Assembly (NCBI RefSeq): GCF_009914755.1
Contig: NC_060931.1
Length of the DNA: 64,000 bases
Source: the human T2T-CHM13v2.0 reference genome, Homo sapiens
Direction: 5' to 3' (one strand)
A program made the position numbers and the translations under genes. A model generated the notes under the pieces. That model was given only the letters and a program-made list of their open reading frames with translations. It searched no databases and was not told where the DNA came from. Below are positions 30,500 to 47,995 of the stretch, one piece after another; the stretch's first letter is position 1, and each line of letters opens with the position of its first letter.

Positions 30500-33400
30500 A
30501 CAATGAGATCACATGGACACAGGAAGGAGAATATCACACTCTGGGGACTGTTGTGGGGTGGGGGTAGGGGGGAGGGATAGCATCGGGAGATATACCTAAT
30601 GCTAGATGACGAGTTAGTGGGTTCAGCGCACCAGCATGGCACATGTATGCATATGTAACTAACCTGCACAATGTGCACATGTACTCTAAAACTTAAAGTA
30701 TAATTTAAAAAAAAAAAGATAATTCACCATGATCAAGTAGGAGTTATCCCAGGGTTGCAAAGATGGTTCATATATGCAAATCAATAAATGTGATATAATA
30801 CATCAATAGAATAAAGGAAAAAGTCTTACGATCATCATAATAGAAACCAAAACAAAGCAATTCATAAATCTTCATCCTAAAATTTCTTCATCATAAAGTC
30901 TCTCAAAAATTGGACATAGAATTAGATATACCCCTACACAATAAAGGCCATTTATGACAAACCCACAACTAACAGTACACTGAACAGAGAAAAGCTTAAA
31001 GCATTTTCTACAAGAACTGGAATAGGACAAGTATGCCTACTTTTACCACTCTTATTCAACATACTACTAGCAGACCTAGGCAGAGCAGTTTGGCAACAGG
31101 ATGAAATAAAGGGCATCCAAATTGGAAAAGAGGATGTCAACTTATCCCTCCTTGTAAATGAGATAATCTTACATATAGAAAAACCTGAAGACTTCACAAA
31201 AAACTCTTATGACTAAGAAATGAGTTTAATAAAGTTGCAGGATATAAAAATTAACATACAAAAAAATCAGTAGCATTCCTATTTACCAAAAACAAGCTAG
31301 CTGAAAAGGAACTGGAGAAGGAAATCCCATTTATAATAGCTTAAATAAAATAATAAAATACTTAGGAATAAATTTAACCAAGGAGGTAAATAATCTCTAC
31401 AATTAAAACTGCAAAACACTGATGAAAAAAATTGAAGAGGGCATAAAAATCAAAAGACATGCCATGCTCATGGATTAGAACAGTTAATATTGTCAAAATG
31501 ACCATACAACCCAAAGCAATTTATAGATTCAATGTAATCCCTATTAAAAATTGCAATTACATTTTTCTTCAAATAAATAGGGAAAAATCCTAAAATTTGT
31601 ATTGAACCCAAACAAATACAAGTAGTCAAAGTAATACTGAGCAAAGGGAGGAATAACACTATGTGACTTCCAAGTATATCACAAAGCAATAGTAACCAAA
31701 ACAGCATAGCATTGCTATAAAAACTGACACACAGACAAATAGAACAGTATAGAGAACACTGAAACAAATCTATGTATTTTACAGTCAACTCACTTTTGAC
31801 ATAGGCTCTAAGAACATACACTGGGGAAAAGACACCCTCTATAATAAATGGTGTTGAGAAAACTGGATATTCATATGCAGAGGAATAAAACCAGATCCCC
31901 ATCTTTCACCAGAACCAAAAATTGACACAAAATATATTAACAACTTAAATGTAAGACCCAAAACTATAAAACTACTAGAAAAAAACAGAGGGGGATTTCT
32001 TTGGGACTCTGGTCTGAGCAAAGATTTTTATGGATAAGGTTACAAAGGCACAGGTACCAAAAAGAAAAATGGACAAACAAGACTATATGAAACTTTTAAA
32101 GAGCTTTTGCTCAGCGAAGGAAACAATCACAGAGTGAACAGACAATCTGTATATTGGGAGAAAATATCTACAAACTATTTACCTGACAAGGGCCTTTTAC
32201 CTAGAATATACAAGGAACTCAAACAACTTAACAGCAATAATAATAATGGTAATAATCCCATTAAGAGGTGGAAAAGAATCTGAAAGACATTTCTCAGAAG
32301 AAGAAATACAAATGGCCAAAAAGTATATAAAAAATGTTCAGCATCACTAATCATCAGGGAAATGCAAATCAAAACCACCATAAGATATCACCTCACCCCA
32401 GTTAGAATGGCTATTATCAAAAAGACAAAAAATAAGAAATACTGGCTAGGATGCAGAGAAAAGGGAATTCATACATTGTTGGAAGGAATTATAGTTAGTA
32501 CAACTATTATGAAAAACAGTATGGAGGTTCCTTAAAAAACTAAAAATAGAAATATCATATAATCCAGCAATCCTGTTATTGGGTATTTAGCCAAAGGAAA
32601 GGAAACTTGTGTATCAAAGTGACATCTTCACCCCCATGTTTATAACAGCACTATTCACTATAGCCAAGATGTGATATCAACCTAAATGTCCATCAATAGA
32701 TGAGTAGATAAAATAATTATGGTATATATGCACAATGGAATACTATTCAACCATAAAAAGAAATGGGACGTTGTCATTTTTTGCAACATGGATGAACCTG
32801 AAGGGCATTATGTTAAATTAGTCAAGCACAGAAAGATCAATACCACATTCTTACTTATATATGGGATCTAAAAAATTGAGCTCATGAAATAAAAGGGTAG
32901 AATTGTGGTTTTCAGAGGCTGAGAAGTTAGGGATGAGAAAGGCAAAGAGAGAAGTTGGTTAACTGATACAAAATTACAGCTAGACATAATAAATAAGTTA
33001 TGTTCTATAGCACTATAATGTGAATAGAGCTAACAATAATTTATTGTGTATGTTCAAAAAGCTAGACTGGAGAATTATGAATATTTCCAATACGAAGAAA
33101 TGATAAATGTTTTAGGTGATGGTTATACTAATTACTCTGATTTAATCACTGCATATTTCATACAGGCATCAAAATATCATTCTGCATCCTATAAATATGT
33201 AAAATTATTATGGTAACTATAGATAAAGTGAAGGAAACAAAAAATGCAAAAAACCAACCAAAATCATGTAAATACAATTTTTAAAGAATTTTTATGACTT
33301 CATTATTATTTTTGATTTGTGGGACTATATATTTCACAGCAATTTCAATGTACCTTCTAGATATTATATAGACACCTATGATCTGAACTTAAAGTTTTAG

Positions 33401-35308
33401 AAGATTTCTACCTATAATAGGTTTTTGGATATTTAAATTTTGGTTTTTTTTTCTAGGTTTGAGGTCAGCGAAGAAAATTGACATTTTAAATTAATATAGG
33501 AATGATGGCCTAATTAATCTTCTTGACAGTGAACTCCTGTGTGTCAAGAGTCAATCCATAGGACACTGCATCCTGAATATATTAACTTCCCAATTGTTCA
33601 TATATTAAACTAAAAGATTTTCATCAGATTTCTTCTTAGCTGAACTTCCAATTCATGTCTTATGGGGCTTTTGTTTGGCTTTTCCATAAATCATGGCAAA
33701 CCAAATGTGGCACAAGTTTGATTTTTGAAAAAAATTATTATTGCTTACCCTGGGTACAGTTATACATATAGGATATATATACAGTATATATATAGGATAT
33801 ATACACACACACACACACACATATCCTATATATATGGTATATATATACATATCCCTGTTTAAAAAATCCCTTTAAGTATACAACTCTACCTTATGCATTT
33901 AGGTAGAAACAAAAACAATTGTCTACAACACTTGAACTTTTTCTTTTAGACTAGACCCTGTTTATAATTATACACGTTCTACATAATATAAACTAGTTCA
34001 ATGTAAAGACAGTTTGTCAGAAAGCAACAGCACACAGCCAATCTGAGACAATGTAACAGATAAATGGTTGGTTAACCTCCCAAGGGTAAGATTATGAAAT
34101 CACTTAGTGAGGCTGGGTCCCTTCCAGTTTTCTTATGCTATGTCTCTTTAAAATATATGTACATGAAGAAATACACGGACATGCTATGACTCTTTAAAAT
34201 ACATGTACATGAAGAATATTTTAAACCAAAATGGATGTACACATGTTTTATAAATATTATAGCACCCTAGTTCTTAATGTGTTCCTCATCAGAATTTGAA
34301 TAGTGAGAATGTAATCCTACACATTTAAAAAATTAAATAAATAAAAGGCAGCTATCCTTTATGAATAATACCATGAAATTGAGTCTGAGTTAGATTTCCA
34401 AAATATGGAAAAATGAGGTTTCTTTTTGCCTATCATTACTATGATGACAATTATGAATTGATCTATAATGAATATTAATTAAATGAATATTAAGTAATGA
34501 CACTGATGAAACATTTATTGAGAGCTGACAATATGCTTTATCCCTGCTCTTTCAACAAAAAAGAACGTTGCATAGGCACAAACCTTTGGTAGATGACATA
34601 GGATTTCAAGGAAATAGATGACTTCAGTAACTTTGCTTAAAGGTTAAAGAGGTAAATTTAAAAGAAGGGTGAAACAGCCATAATGATGTGAAATAAAAGC
34701 TGAAGCTCAGTGCAGCAAGACACATCCTTAGTTAGTTATATGTTCACACCTCCCCACCAGACTCTGCATTTCTGGAAGTTTTATAACTAGCCTAGGAATA
34801 ATATTACAGAGAATTCAAAATTCAAATTTCAGAATCACAGAAGATTTGAATATCTCCCACCCTCCTTGAATTAGCTGATGTGTAGCATTGGGATTGTCAT
34901 TATTAACTCTTGCCGATAAAAGTCAGATGAAAAAATCTACAGAAAGTTTCCATACTACTGGAGCTGTGAGAAAGAGACACACACCATACTTCTACTTCCT
35001 AACAAACTTTCTGACATTGCTGAGAAATAATGACTTAGTTCAACACATGCTCTAAGGAAAGATTTAACATACTCTATGCTATTTAAGACTTAATCACCAT
35101 ATTTACAATGCATAATTTAGTAGAATTCTTAAAATTGTGGAAGAGCAAGCAAGATCGGAAGAAGAGGAGAAGTTAATATGACATATGGTTTTCTGAGGGT
35201 GTTATAGGTAGAGATACGTAGATTGCTGCTTCAGCAACATCACAACTTAGCCAAGTTTTCAGAGTTACAGTGAAGAAAAAAGAGATGCAGAACTGGGACC
35301 ATTTTAAG

Positions 35309-35768
35309 TTTCAGCAACATAGATGGAACTGGAGGTCAATATGATAGGTGAAATAAGCCAAGCACAGAAAGATTAATATTACATGTTCTCATTCATATGT
35401 GGGAGTTAAAAAGTTAATTCCATGCGGGTAGAGAGTAGAATGATGGTTATCAGAGGATGGGAAGAGTTTGCATGTTTGTGGAGTAGGGGGATAAAGAGAG
35501 GTTGGTTAATGGATACAAACACGAGGTTAGATAGAAGAAATAAATTTTAATGTTCAATAGTAGAGTAGAATGACGATAGTTTCACACATTGTATGTTTCA
35601 AAATAGCTGGAAGAGAGGACTTCCCAACATAAAGAAATAATGAAATACTCAAGGTGATGTATACCCTAAATACCCTGACCTGATCATTACACATTTTATG
35701 CATGTAACAAAATATTACATGTACCCCATAAACATGTACAAATATTATATATCAATACAGAATAAAAT
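35309..35768 (+). mobile_element. L1MA-type 3' fragment
   Basis: gcaacatagatggaactggaggtc...gtaccccataaacatgtac. Confidence 0.8.
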
Positions 35769-35954
35769 TCATATTTTATATTTATAATTTTAATAAATAT
35801 GATTTAAAAATTACGTTTATAAAACAGGATTAATTAATTTTAATACTAAAGAATATTTTTTAAATATACATTTTTCAAATAGTTTTGTTGTCCTTTCTGT
35901 GAACTAACAAGCTTCATAATTTATCTTGATGGTATTTTTATTAACTCTATTCTT

Positions 35955-36185
35955 CTTTTTTAAACTTTACTTTAAAGTTCTGGGATACATGCGCAGAATG
36001 TGCAGGTTTGTTCCACAGGTATACATGTGCCATGGTGGTTTGCTGCACCTATCAACCCATCATCTAGGTTTCAAGCCCCACATGCATTAGGTATTTGTCC
36101 TAATGTTCTCCCTCCCCTAACCCCCTACCACTCGACAGGCCCTGGTGTGTGATGTTCCCTTCCCTGTGCCCATGTGTTCTCATTG
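35955..36185 (-). mobile_element. 5'-truncated L1PA7/8-like 3' end
   Basis: T tail followed by the reverse complement of the L1PA 3' UTR; perfect 16-bp TSD tattaactctattctt at 35939-35954 and 36186-36201. Confidence 0.92.
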
Positions 36186-36319
36186 TATTAACTCTATTCT
36201 TAAAGGCTCATCAGATATTATAACAAGAGAGTGTATTCCAGGAAGAACACACCATAACTGGTCTAAAGGGCTATGGTGCTGAACATATTCATTGTTTCAC
36301 ATCCTATCATTTCCTGCTA

Positions 36320-39328
<3,009 letters not shown>

Positions 39329-40602
39329 AAAAGTGAGATAAATAATCATCTAAAAATGATTTTAAAATTTTAAATAATTTTCTATTCTAAGACAAATGTT
39401 CTGTTTTAGGAAATATTTAATCATTATTTTCTTCATTAGGAATGGGTTTATAGTACAGAAAGAATTAAACAACCATAAAAGCGGACTCATTTGTAGGACG
39501 AAATAACACAGTATGGGGAAAATGATCCTTTGCACTTCTGAGTAGAGAACAGCCAGAAGAAACCATTCTTCATAAAGATGTTCACTATCATGTTACTTAT
39601 AATAACAAAATGAGGAATTGAAAAGATGCTAGACAAAAACAGTTTCAACTAAAATATGACTTCTTTACTTAATGAGATTACACAGGCATTAACAGTGATG
39701 TCCCATAGTATATGGAAATACATAAAAATTTAAGGATATCAAGTTAAGTGTTAAAATATAATGCCACATGGTATATTCAGGTTAACTTTAAAAAGGTGAA
39801 AAAAAAACCTAAAAATCAGGAAGGTAATTTTAATAGTGTTTCTATTTATATATTAATTGTAATTCTTCTTATATAACTGTATCACAGGTTTTTAAATGTT
39901 TAAATTCTTTTTCTTTATTATTTTAAAATTTTGTATGATTACACAGTTATGGTATGATAAAATGTTAAAATTCACTTTTCAAATTACAGCATAACACTTA
40001 TAATAGTAATATTAGATGATATCATCTTAGCACTCACCATCAGCTATGCATAGTTGTAAGCAATTTTCATGAATTAACTCATTTGATTTTATTTACAAAT
40101 GGAATACAGAGGGACAAAATGTTAATAGCTCGCTTCATATCACAAAACTAGTGAAAAACCCAGGATTAAAATACAAATGGTATACTGCCAGAGTTCTAAG
40201 GTAACTGAACCAATTTACTCTCTCACCTGCAATGGATGAACAATTTGGCTGAATCTTAACAAAGCTTAGGCTTTTTAATGTGCTTGTATCATTCTCTTCA
40301 GTGTCTGGTGTTATCTCCTGATACTTAACATCAATTTTCTTGATAAGTAATGATGGTGAGTGCATATTCATATGTTTATAGGTGGTTTATAAATAGACTT
40401 AGTTCAAATGCCTGTTTAGGTCTCTTGCCCTTTTCAACTGAATTGTTTGTTTATTATTGATCTATATCAATTCTTTTTATATTTCACATACAAGTCATTT
40501 GTCACCATTTTGAAACTACTGGATGGAAACGACTTGCCCACAGATCAGGAGTTCATGTAAGAACTCTGGACTCTAGTCTTCCACACTTTCTGGCTATCAT
40601 TA

Positions 40603-40799
40603 TTCTCTCTTCCTTCTTTCTCTTCTTCCTTTTCTTTCCTTCTCTTCTTTCTTTTCTTTTCCCTTCCTCCCTTCCTCCCTTCCTCCCTTCCTTCCTTCCC
40701 TCCTTCCCTCCTTCCCGCTCCCCTCCCCTCCACTCCCCTCCCTTCCCTCACTTCCTTCCTTCCTTCCTTCTTTCCTCCCTTCCTTTCTCTCTCTGTCTC
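40603..40799. repeat. Polypyrimidine/polypurine low-complexity tract (CTTC, CCT)
   Basis: About 200 nt almost all C/T on the plus strand. Confidence 0.9.
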
Positions 40800-42262
40800 A
40801 TAAATCTTCCACACTTCTCCTCTTTTCTAAAACTTTTAACTGGGCTCCCTGGAACCAGTGTGCAAAAAAAAACAAATTATCCTTTTCCTTTCTAAATGAT
40901 TGCCACTTTTGCTAATAACACTTCTGAAAAGAGGCAGCTCACTCTCTCAGTCCTTACAACTGCTATAGTTTTAAGGGCAATCTCTTGGCCTTCCATCAAA
41001 ATTACCATTTGTCCAGCTACAAAGCTGGACTTGAGGTTCATGAAATCTTTACACTTGAGGTTCATGAAATCTAATAGTTCTCCTCTACCCTTATTCATTA
41101 CTGTCAAGGAATAACTATTTTTAAAACTCTGCAACTATCCTGGATGGTTTTAAGGATAATATCCAATAAGTCATTCTCAGAGTTCCCTTACTTTCTAACA
41201 TCTAATGAACTTCCCCTGCACATCAGTTGAGCCACCCAGATTCATGGCTGCATATTGGATCTTACCATCATCTGAAAATAATCTATTTTGAAATCACATC
41301 AAATCCTAATGTTCTACTCTCTGCTACAGTTTTCTCTCCTGGTTGCCTAATTTTCTTTCTCTGTTGGTGTCTCTTGACTATTCACATTGCAGTCTCCTAG
41401 TGATACTCTCATATCTCTTCTGCTCCCTGCTTTACATTTCTTTTACACCACACTGCTAGCAAAGCTGTCTTTCTACAACACAAAGTTAATCATTTAAGCT
41501 CATATTTATATTGGATAAAGCCGATCTCCTTGACAAGACAGGCCAGGAAGCCATTATCTTGGACCTTGTATTTTCTCCCTCTCCAGCCTCACCCTTACAC
41601 ATGCCCTTTAAAAAATATTTTGGAGTTTCATGATCACACTATGTACTCTCTTGTCACTGAGACTATTTATATAAACATCACTTTACATTTTCCTTCAAAA
41701 TACCTATTTATGCTCAGACATCATTTCTTTAAGAAAAAGTTTAATTTACTGTTTTCCCTTGGGATGGATTAAGATTCCCACCTCTAGAGCCCCTGTAAGT
41801 GAGTATGTATCACACCCTAATATTTAACCTCTTTGGAGGCTTCATCTAATTTACTCTGAATTGCAGGAGAGAAGACAACTGCTCTTATCTGGATTTTTAG
41901 CTCCATTGTCTTTAGTAAAAATTAAGGGGAAGAAAAAGGAAGAAAAGAAAGAAGGAAGGAAAGAAGGCAGGAAGAAAAGAGGAAAGAGAGGAAAAATAAA
42001 CAGTAGAAAGCGAGCACTGCAGATATTGTGTATAAAAATAATGCAATGATCTTAAAGGTACCTTTAAGAAATAAAAATAACAATTCATATAAAACAATGG
42101 TTACTTATGTATCATACAACTTCAACTTTAAATAATCAGCATATTAACACTATGTCATTCATAATTCCAATTTATCAATATAAAATATTGATATTGATAT
42201 GAAAAAAAGGCTAGCTAATTAACCCCTTTGTTAGAGAATTAAGAACCTTGCTCTTCAAGATC

Positions 42263-42582
42263 GATCGTGTTCTTGGCAAGAGCATGGATGGAGCTAAAGG
42301 CCATTTTCCTTAGGAAACTAATGTAGGAACAGAAAACCAAATACCACATGTTCTCACTTATAAGTGAGAGCTCGATGATGAGAACACATGGACAGATAGA
42401 GGGCAACAACGACAGAGGGTGGAGGGTGGGAGGAGGAAGAGGATGAGGAAAAATAAGTAATGCATAGTAGGCTTAGTACCTGGGTGATGAAATAATCTGT
42501 ACAACAAGCCCCCGTGACACAAGCTTACCTATATAATAAACCTGTACATGGACCCTTGAACCTAAAAGTTAAATTAAAATAA
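42263..42582 (+). mobile_element. L1PA13-16-like 3' fragment
   Basis: aaaaccaaataccacatgttctcacttataagtg...tgggtgatgaaataatctgtacaac. Confidence 0.85.
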
Positions 42583-45469
42583 GGAATATTGTTTCTAAAT
42601 TATAACACAAAATGTGTACATACAGAAAACAAAACTAAATCATGGAGGTGAATACAACAGAAATGATTTTTGTGACAATCTGCTTGATTTTACTCTTCAA
42701 AGTTTAAAATGTGATTTTCTCATGAGATATCTCAAGTCTTCTTTTGTTGATGGTGGCAGAATTAATTGAATAAAAGCCCCTCCAAAACTGAAAAATAATT
42801 ACATAAATATGTGCACTCTTAAAGAGCCACTTTACCTCATCATAAAAATTATATAAAACTTAGAATGAATGTAAAACTAAAATATAATTCTAGAGAAATT
42901 GATCAGATTTGTAGCCTCCTATATGAGATTACTCTAAAATCAAAGGGATTCTATAGGCCTATTTTATCGATTTCTGTGACCTCACAAATTTATGTACTAC
43001 CCAAAATAATTTCAAAAGTATGGACTTAAGCCATTGCAGAGAAACAGAAGAGAAATTTATGAATAGAATAGTGATAAAGTTATATATAAACACATAAAAA
43101 TAAACAACTTATATTCCAACATCATAGTTCAATGTTAGTATAAATTTAATTATAAGCTTCTTAAGTACCAAAAATAAAAGCATGATGGCAATGACACATG
43201 AAGTCTAAGAGATAACATCATGATAAACAGAACTGAGAAGAACTTTTGTCAGGTAATGAAGGACATTTCCAACATATCTTTTTTTGTTAAAATAGGGAGT
43301 TTTATATGATTAATTTTTAAAACTCCCTTTCAATGCAGGCTGATGACATAATTGCTGAAGCCCAATTTAATTTAAGAGAAACTGCGAAGGGCTAAAACAA
43401 CATAGACTACATCTGTCTTGAGTTAGGGGTAAATTAGAACATAGAAGAGTGAGTGGCTTGCATATGGCCTCATTAGGCCATATTCCATATGAGATTATTA
43501 AAATTTATTTGCAATGTCACTTTGTTTTGGATTGGCCAGCTGAGATTTCAGTGTGTTATCTGCAGCAAGAACCAAGAATGCATTTTTTAATAGATTCTAT
43601 TAAAGGCAGAACATCTGTTTTGACAATCAGTTGGGAAGGGTTAATGGCCTTTTATAAATTAAGCAGCTTATCATGAGTCTCGATGAGTTGGGATTCATCC
43701 TACATTTTTTTGGAAGTAAAATAAGGGGAGGATTTAAGGAAATCTACCTTTGTAAACAGTTTCTGACCTCTCTTCAATATGGCAGTAAATGAACTATAGC
43801 TATAATTGTTACCAGAACATTTTTTTTCTTAAAAAAAAGCATTCTAAGTACCTAAACACAGTCATGGAAAAATCTTGACTAAATCACACATTAAATAAAT
43901 TTTAAGTAATATAGATTTTTGATAGTACTTTCAAAAGATACTGGATGCCAATTGCAACCTCAGAAAACTAATTATATCTGATGTAGGGAATCATTGTTTA
44001 ATTTTTATTTGAATGAAAACACCATATGATAATAATTTTAATTTCAGAGTAGTTGATTTTAACCCATTTTTATGGCAACAGCCATTATCAAGGCCAATTA
44101 TCTGTGAAAGCCGTTTGTAATGCATGCTTATAAAAAGCATTTCATCAGTGCAGAGGAGATGCTTACCTTGCTAATCTCTGGAAATGGTGAGCATATATCT
44201 ACTGAATCATTAACCTACAGCTTATAACAACGATTGGGGAGGAATGGGAAGGCTGAGAAGGGTGGTACAAATTTTTTTTAATGACCCTGGAGAAGGTGTT
44301 CTAAAATATGAGAAGACAATGGCTATGGATCTTGACCTTGTGGTATGTCATTAAGATACAAGGCTATGTGAGCTTCAACCAGAAATTAAGGATCCACGCT
44401 GTATTTATAGAGGTCATTCAATAACCAATTCCTAACTACAGAGTCAAAGACTAAGGAAAAAATAAAACTAGACATCTTAAGTTCTCTAATATTTTTTATA
44501 ATGTGATAGAGATAATATCAATATCCACTTTGTATTAACTGAGTCTGAACCTCATCTGCTCCTCTTAGAGAAGATTAGCAAAAGAAACTGGGGCATACAA
44601 TTTCTTAAAGAGGAAACTGGTACTAAATAATAAAAACCAAAACAACATGATATATGTGAGGACTAACGATTTGCTTTAAATGAAGGGCTACAGGTCATGC
44701 AGTGTGAAATTATTCCTGGAAAGTTACTGAAAGTTCGCAGACTGAAAAGGCTCAGAGCCTATCAGCTGGAGCTGATTAAGCAATTTTGTGGGCAGAACAG
44801 TTTCATTAATTTGTTTGAAGTATGATCACTTAAATAGTTAATGTGTACAACAGTCAATATTTTTATTCCGTGACAAGAAAGTAACCTTTTAATTCGGACT
44901 TAGCTAGGTGGGCAAAATTTTAAAGCAAAGTGATTTAAATTGATTTATTAACACATACGAGACCCGAAGGGCTTGACACAACAAGTGCACTTAAAGAATT
45001 ACAAGCAGTTCAATTATCCTTGATTTCTAGTGGATAAGGTACTATATGAGAGAATGAGTAGGTTGATCCAGTTAAAGACCCTTGTTTACTGTAATAGAGT
45101 GTTTGGGATTCAAATAGGGAATCACCAAAAATATTTTAAGAGTGAGAGAGACTTATAATATTTGCATTTTTTGAAAGTTGACCCAGGAAGCAGGTTGGGG
45201 TGTACAGAAAGGAGGTAGTTCACAAGGATGCTACTGGGACAATCCTAGAATAAAATTTGTGAGGCTGGTATACAAGACAGTCACAGTTGGGCTGAAGTAA
45301 AGAGACAGGATTAAGAACATTAGAATAGAATTGAGTAATATTATATTCCAGATGAGAAATAAAAAATGCTACTTAGGTTTCTAGTTTGGGAAAGTTGGGG
45401 TGTGAAGGTTTCAGTAGCTGAGATACAACAGATAAAATCTCTCTATTGGGATTTGGAGAAAATCTCAGA

Positions 45470-45650
45470 GCACAGCTCTGGAGTGATAACCACTCGGGCT
45501 CCACTTCTAAATTGCCATGTACTATTCATGGGACACTGGGAAATTTACTTAACCTCTTTGTTTCTCAGTTTCCTCATATGTAAAATGGGAACAATTATAA
45601 TATTTATCTTATGTTGTCACTTTGAAAACAAAATGAATTCATATATTGTG
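45470..45650 (+). mobile_element. MIR SINE relic
   Basis: tttacttaacctctttgtttctcagtttcctcatatgtaaaatggg MIR core. Confidence 0.75.
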
Positions 45651-46712
45651 TTACTTATAACCATACCCCTTCATAATCTCAATTCCTACCTCACTCACTC
45701 TCAACCTGACACCATTAACCTTGATTCCAACAACCTTTGACTTCACTGTAATTTACAATGTACTATTTCTAAAATCTATTACTGTACCTCATATTTAATG
45801 TTCTTACTTCCCTCACTTCCAGCTCAAATTCCACGATTAAGCCTTACAATTACTCCTTTGCATATATTCTCAACTCTCTGGCTGCCCTCTCTGTACATCA
45901 CTTTTGCCAAAAGACACGGTCACATGAAGACTGGGCTGTGCCTATTCCATTCATAAAGCTGGAATGTAACTAGATAAATATGACTGAATGTGAGTAAAGA
46001 AATATATTCATCCAAGCCGACTGGAATTATATACTAAATGGATGATTATTAACTAGAGGTAGCTGCTCTTTTCTCCTTGAAAATCACAGTTTCTTTGAAC
46101 AATTTTGTTCCCACTTTCCTAGGTGACACAGGCTTCTTACACATCTTGCACCATCCTCACTCTAGCTAATGACCCAGGTTTCTATTTCTTTGAGAAAACA
46201 GAAGTATTATATCTTTTTGCCATTGTTGCCCCTCAACACTACACAGATTGTTCCTTTTAAAATATAAGTCAGATAATTTCTGGTTCTGGTCGGAATCCTC
46301 TAATGGCTTCCTATTTTATTCAGAGTAAAGGCCAAAGATTTTACAACGACCTAAATTGTCCCACCCAATATAAAAATCGTATGATATCTTTGAACTTCTA
46401 TTTTTCCTCCTATACACTCAGGGCTAGCCACTAATCCCCCCAGTGCCTTTGAGATCTGTCAAGTGTCTACTGCCTCAGAATCTGTTGGTGAAGTTCTGTC
46501 CCCAGATAGCCACAGAGGTGACTCCCTCAAATCACTCAACTCTACTCAACTGTCTCTTCAGTGAACATCTTGACAGCCTCTTTTATCACTGCAGCCCCAA
46601 CATTTCTTCTTTCTCTGCTTTAATTTTTCCCTTGACATTGAAAACAAAACCAGTACTTATTTATTGTGTATATTTAAGGCATATGATTACTGTACAATTA
46701 ATGTTTTGATAT

Positions 46713-47172
46713 TGTTAAACAAAAATTATCAAAGTCCATTGTTTTGGACTGAGCTCCTACAGGAGGCCCCAACAGACCAGACCAGACCAAACCAAAATGG
46801 AAACCAAACTTTAGTACAAACAACTTGTACTAAAGTGTCACATAATCAAGCTGAAATTTTAAGGAAGCAAACTGAATCCCAGAACACATCAGTTGTTTCT
46901 AAAAATGTGAAATTCAAGTCTACCTGACTTGGGATAATAAGGATGTAACCTCTCCTTTAACTCTTTACCCAAAGAGTAACCTGAAGTAACATGATGTTAA
47001 ACAATCAGCTTTTGTTTTGTATTATTGTGTTTTCTTGTTCCCACCTTACAAAATCCACTGTTCTATGTCTAGTGGGAGCTCTCATTCTACTCTGTAGAAT
47101 AGATGCTGTCCTAATTCATGAATAAAGGCCTATTTGATCTATAAATAAATGTGTTGTTATTTTGTTTTCAAT
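46713..47172 (+). mobile_element. MER31-like ERV1 solo LTR
   Basis: tgttaaacaaaaattat...ccattgttttggactgagctcct...ggccccaacagaccagaccaaaccaaaatgg; aataaa near 47121. Confidence 0.8.
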
Positions 47173-47174
47173 AG

Positions 47175-47810
<636 letters not shown>

Positions 47811-47819
47811 TTTTAGTAC

Positions 47820-47995
47820 AACCAGGTACTAAATAATTTATTTAGTTTTATTGTTTATTGTCTACATTACCCCTGCTGGAATGTAAACTCCATAAAAGCA
47901 AAGATTTGTCTTTGTTTTAATGTTTTCTTTCCTACCTATAATACTGTTTGGCACATACTAGGCATGCAATGAATATTTACTGAATAAATTAAATA
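47820..47995 (+). mobile_element. L2 3' end relic
   Basis: gaatgtaaactccat...tggcacatactaggcatgcaatgaatatttactgaat. Confidence 0.6.

Noticed and set aside
40545-40814. E/G/R/K-rich 89-aa ORF
   Set aside because: Translation of a low-complexity purine tract
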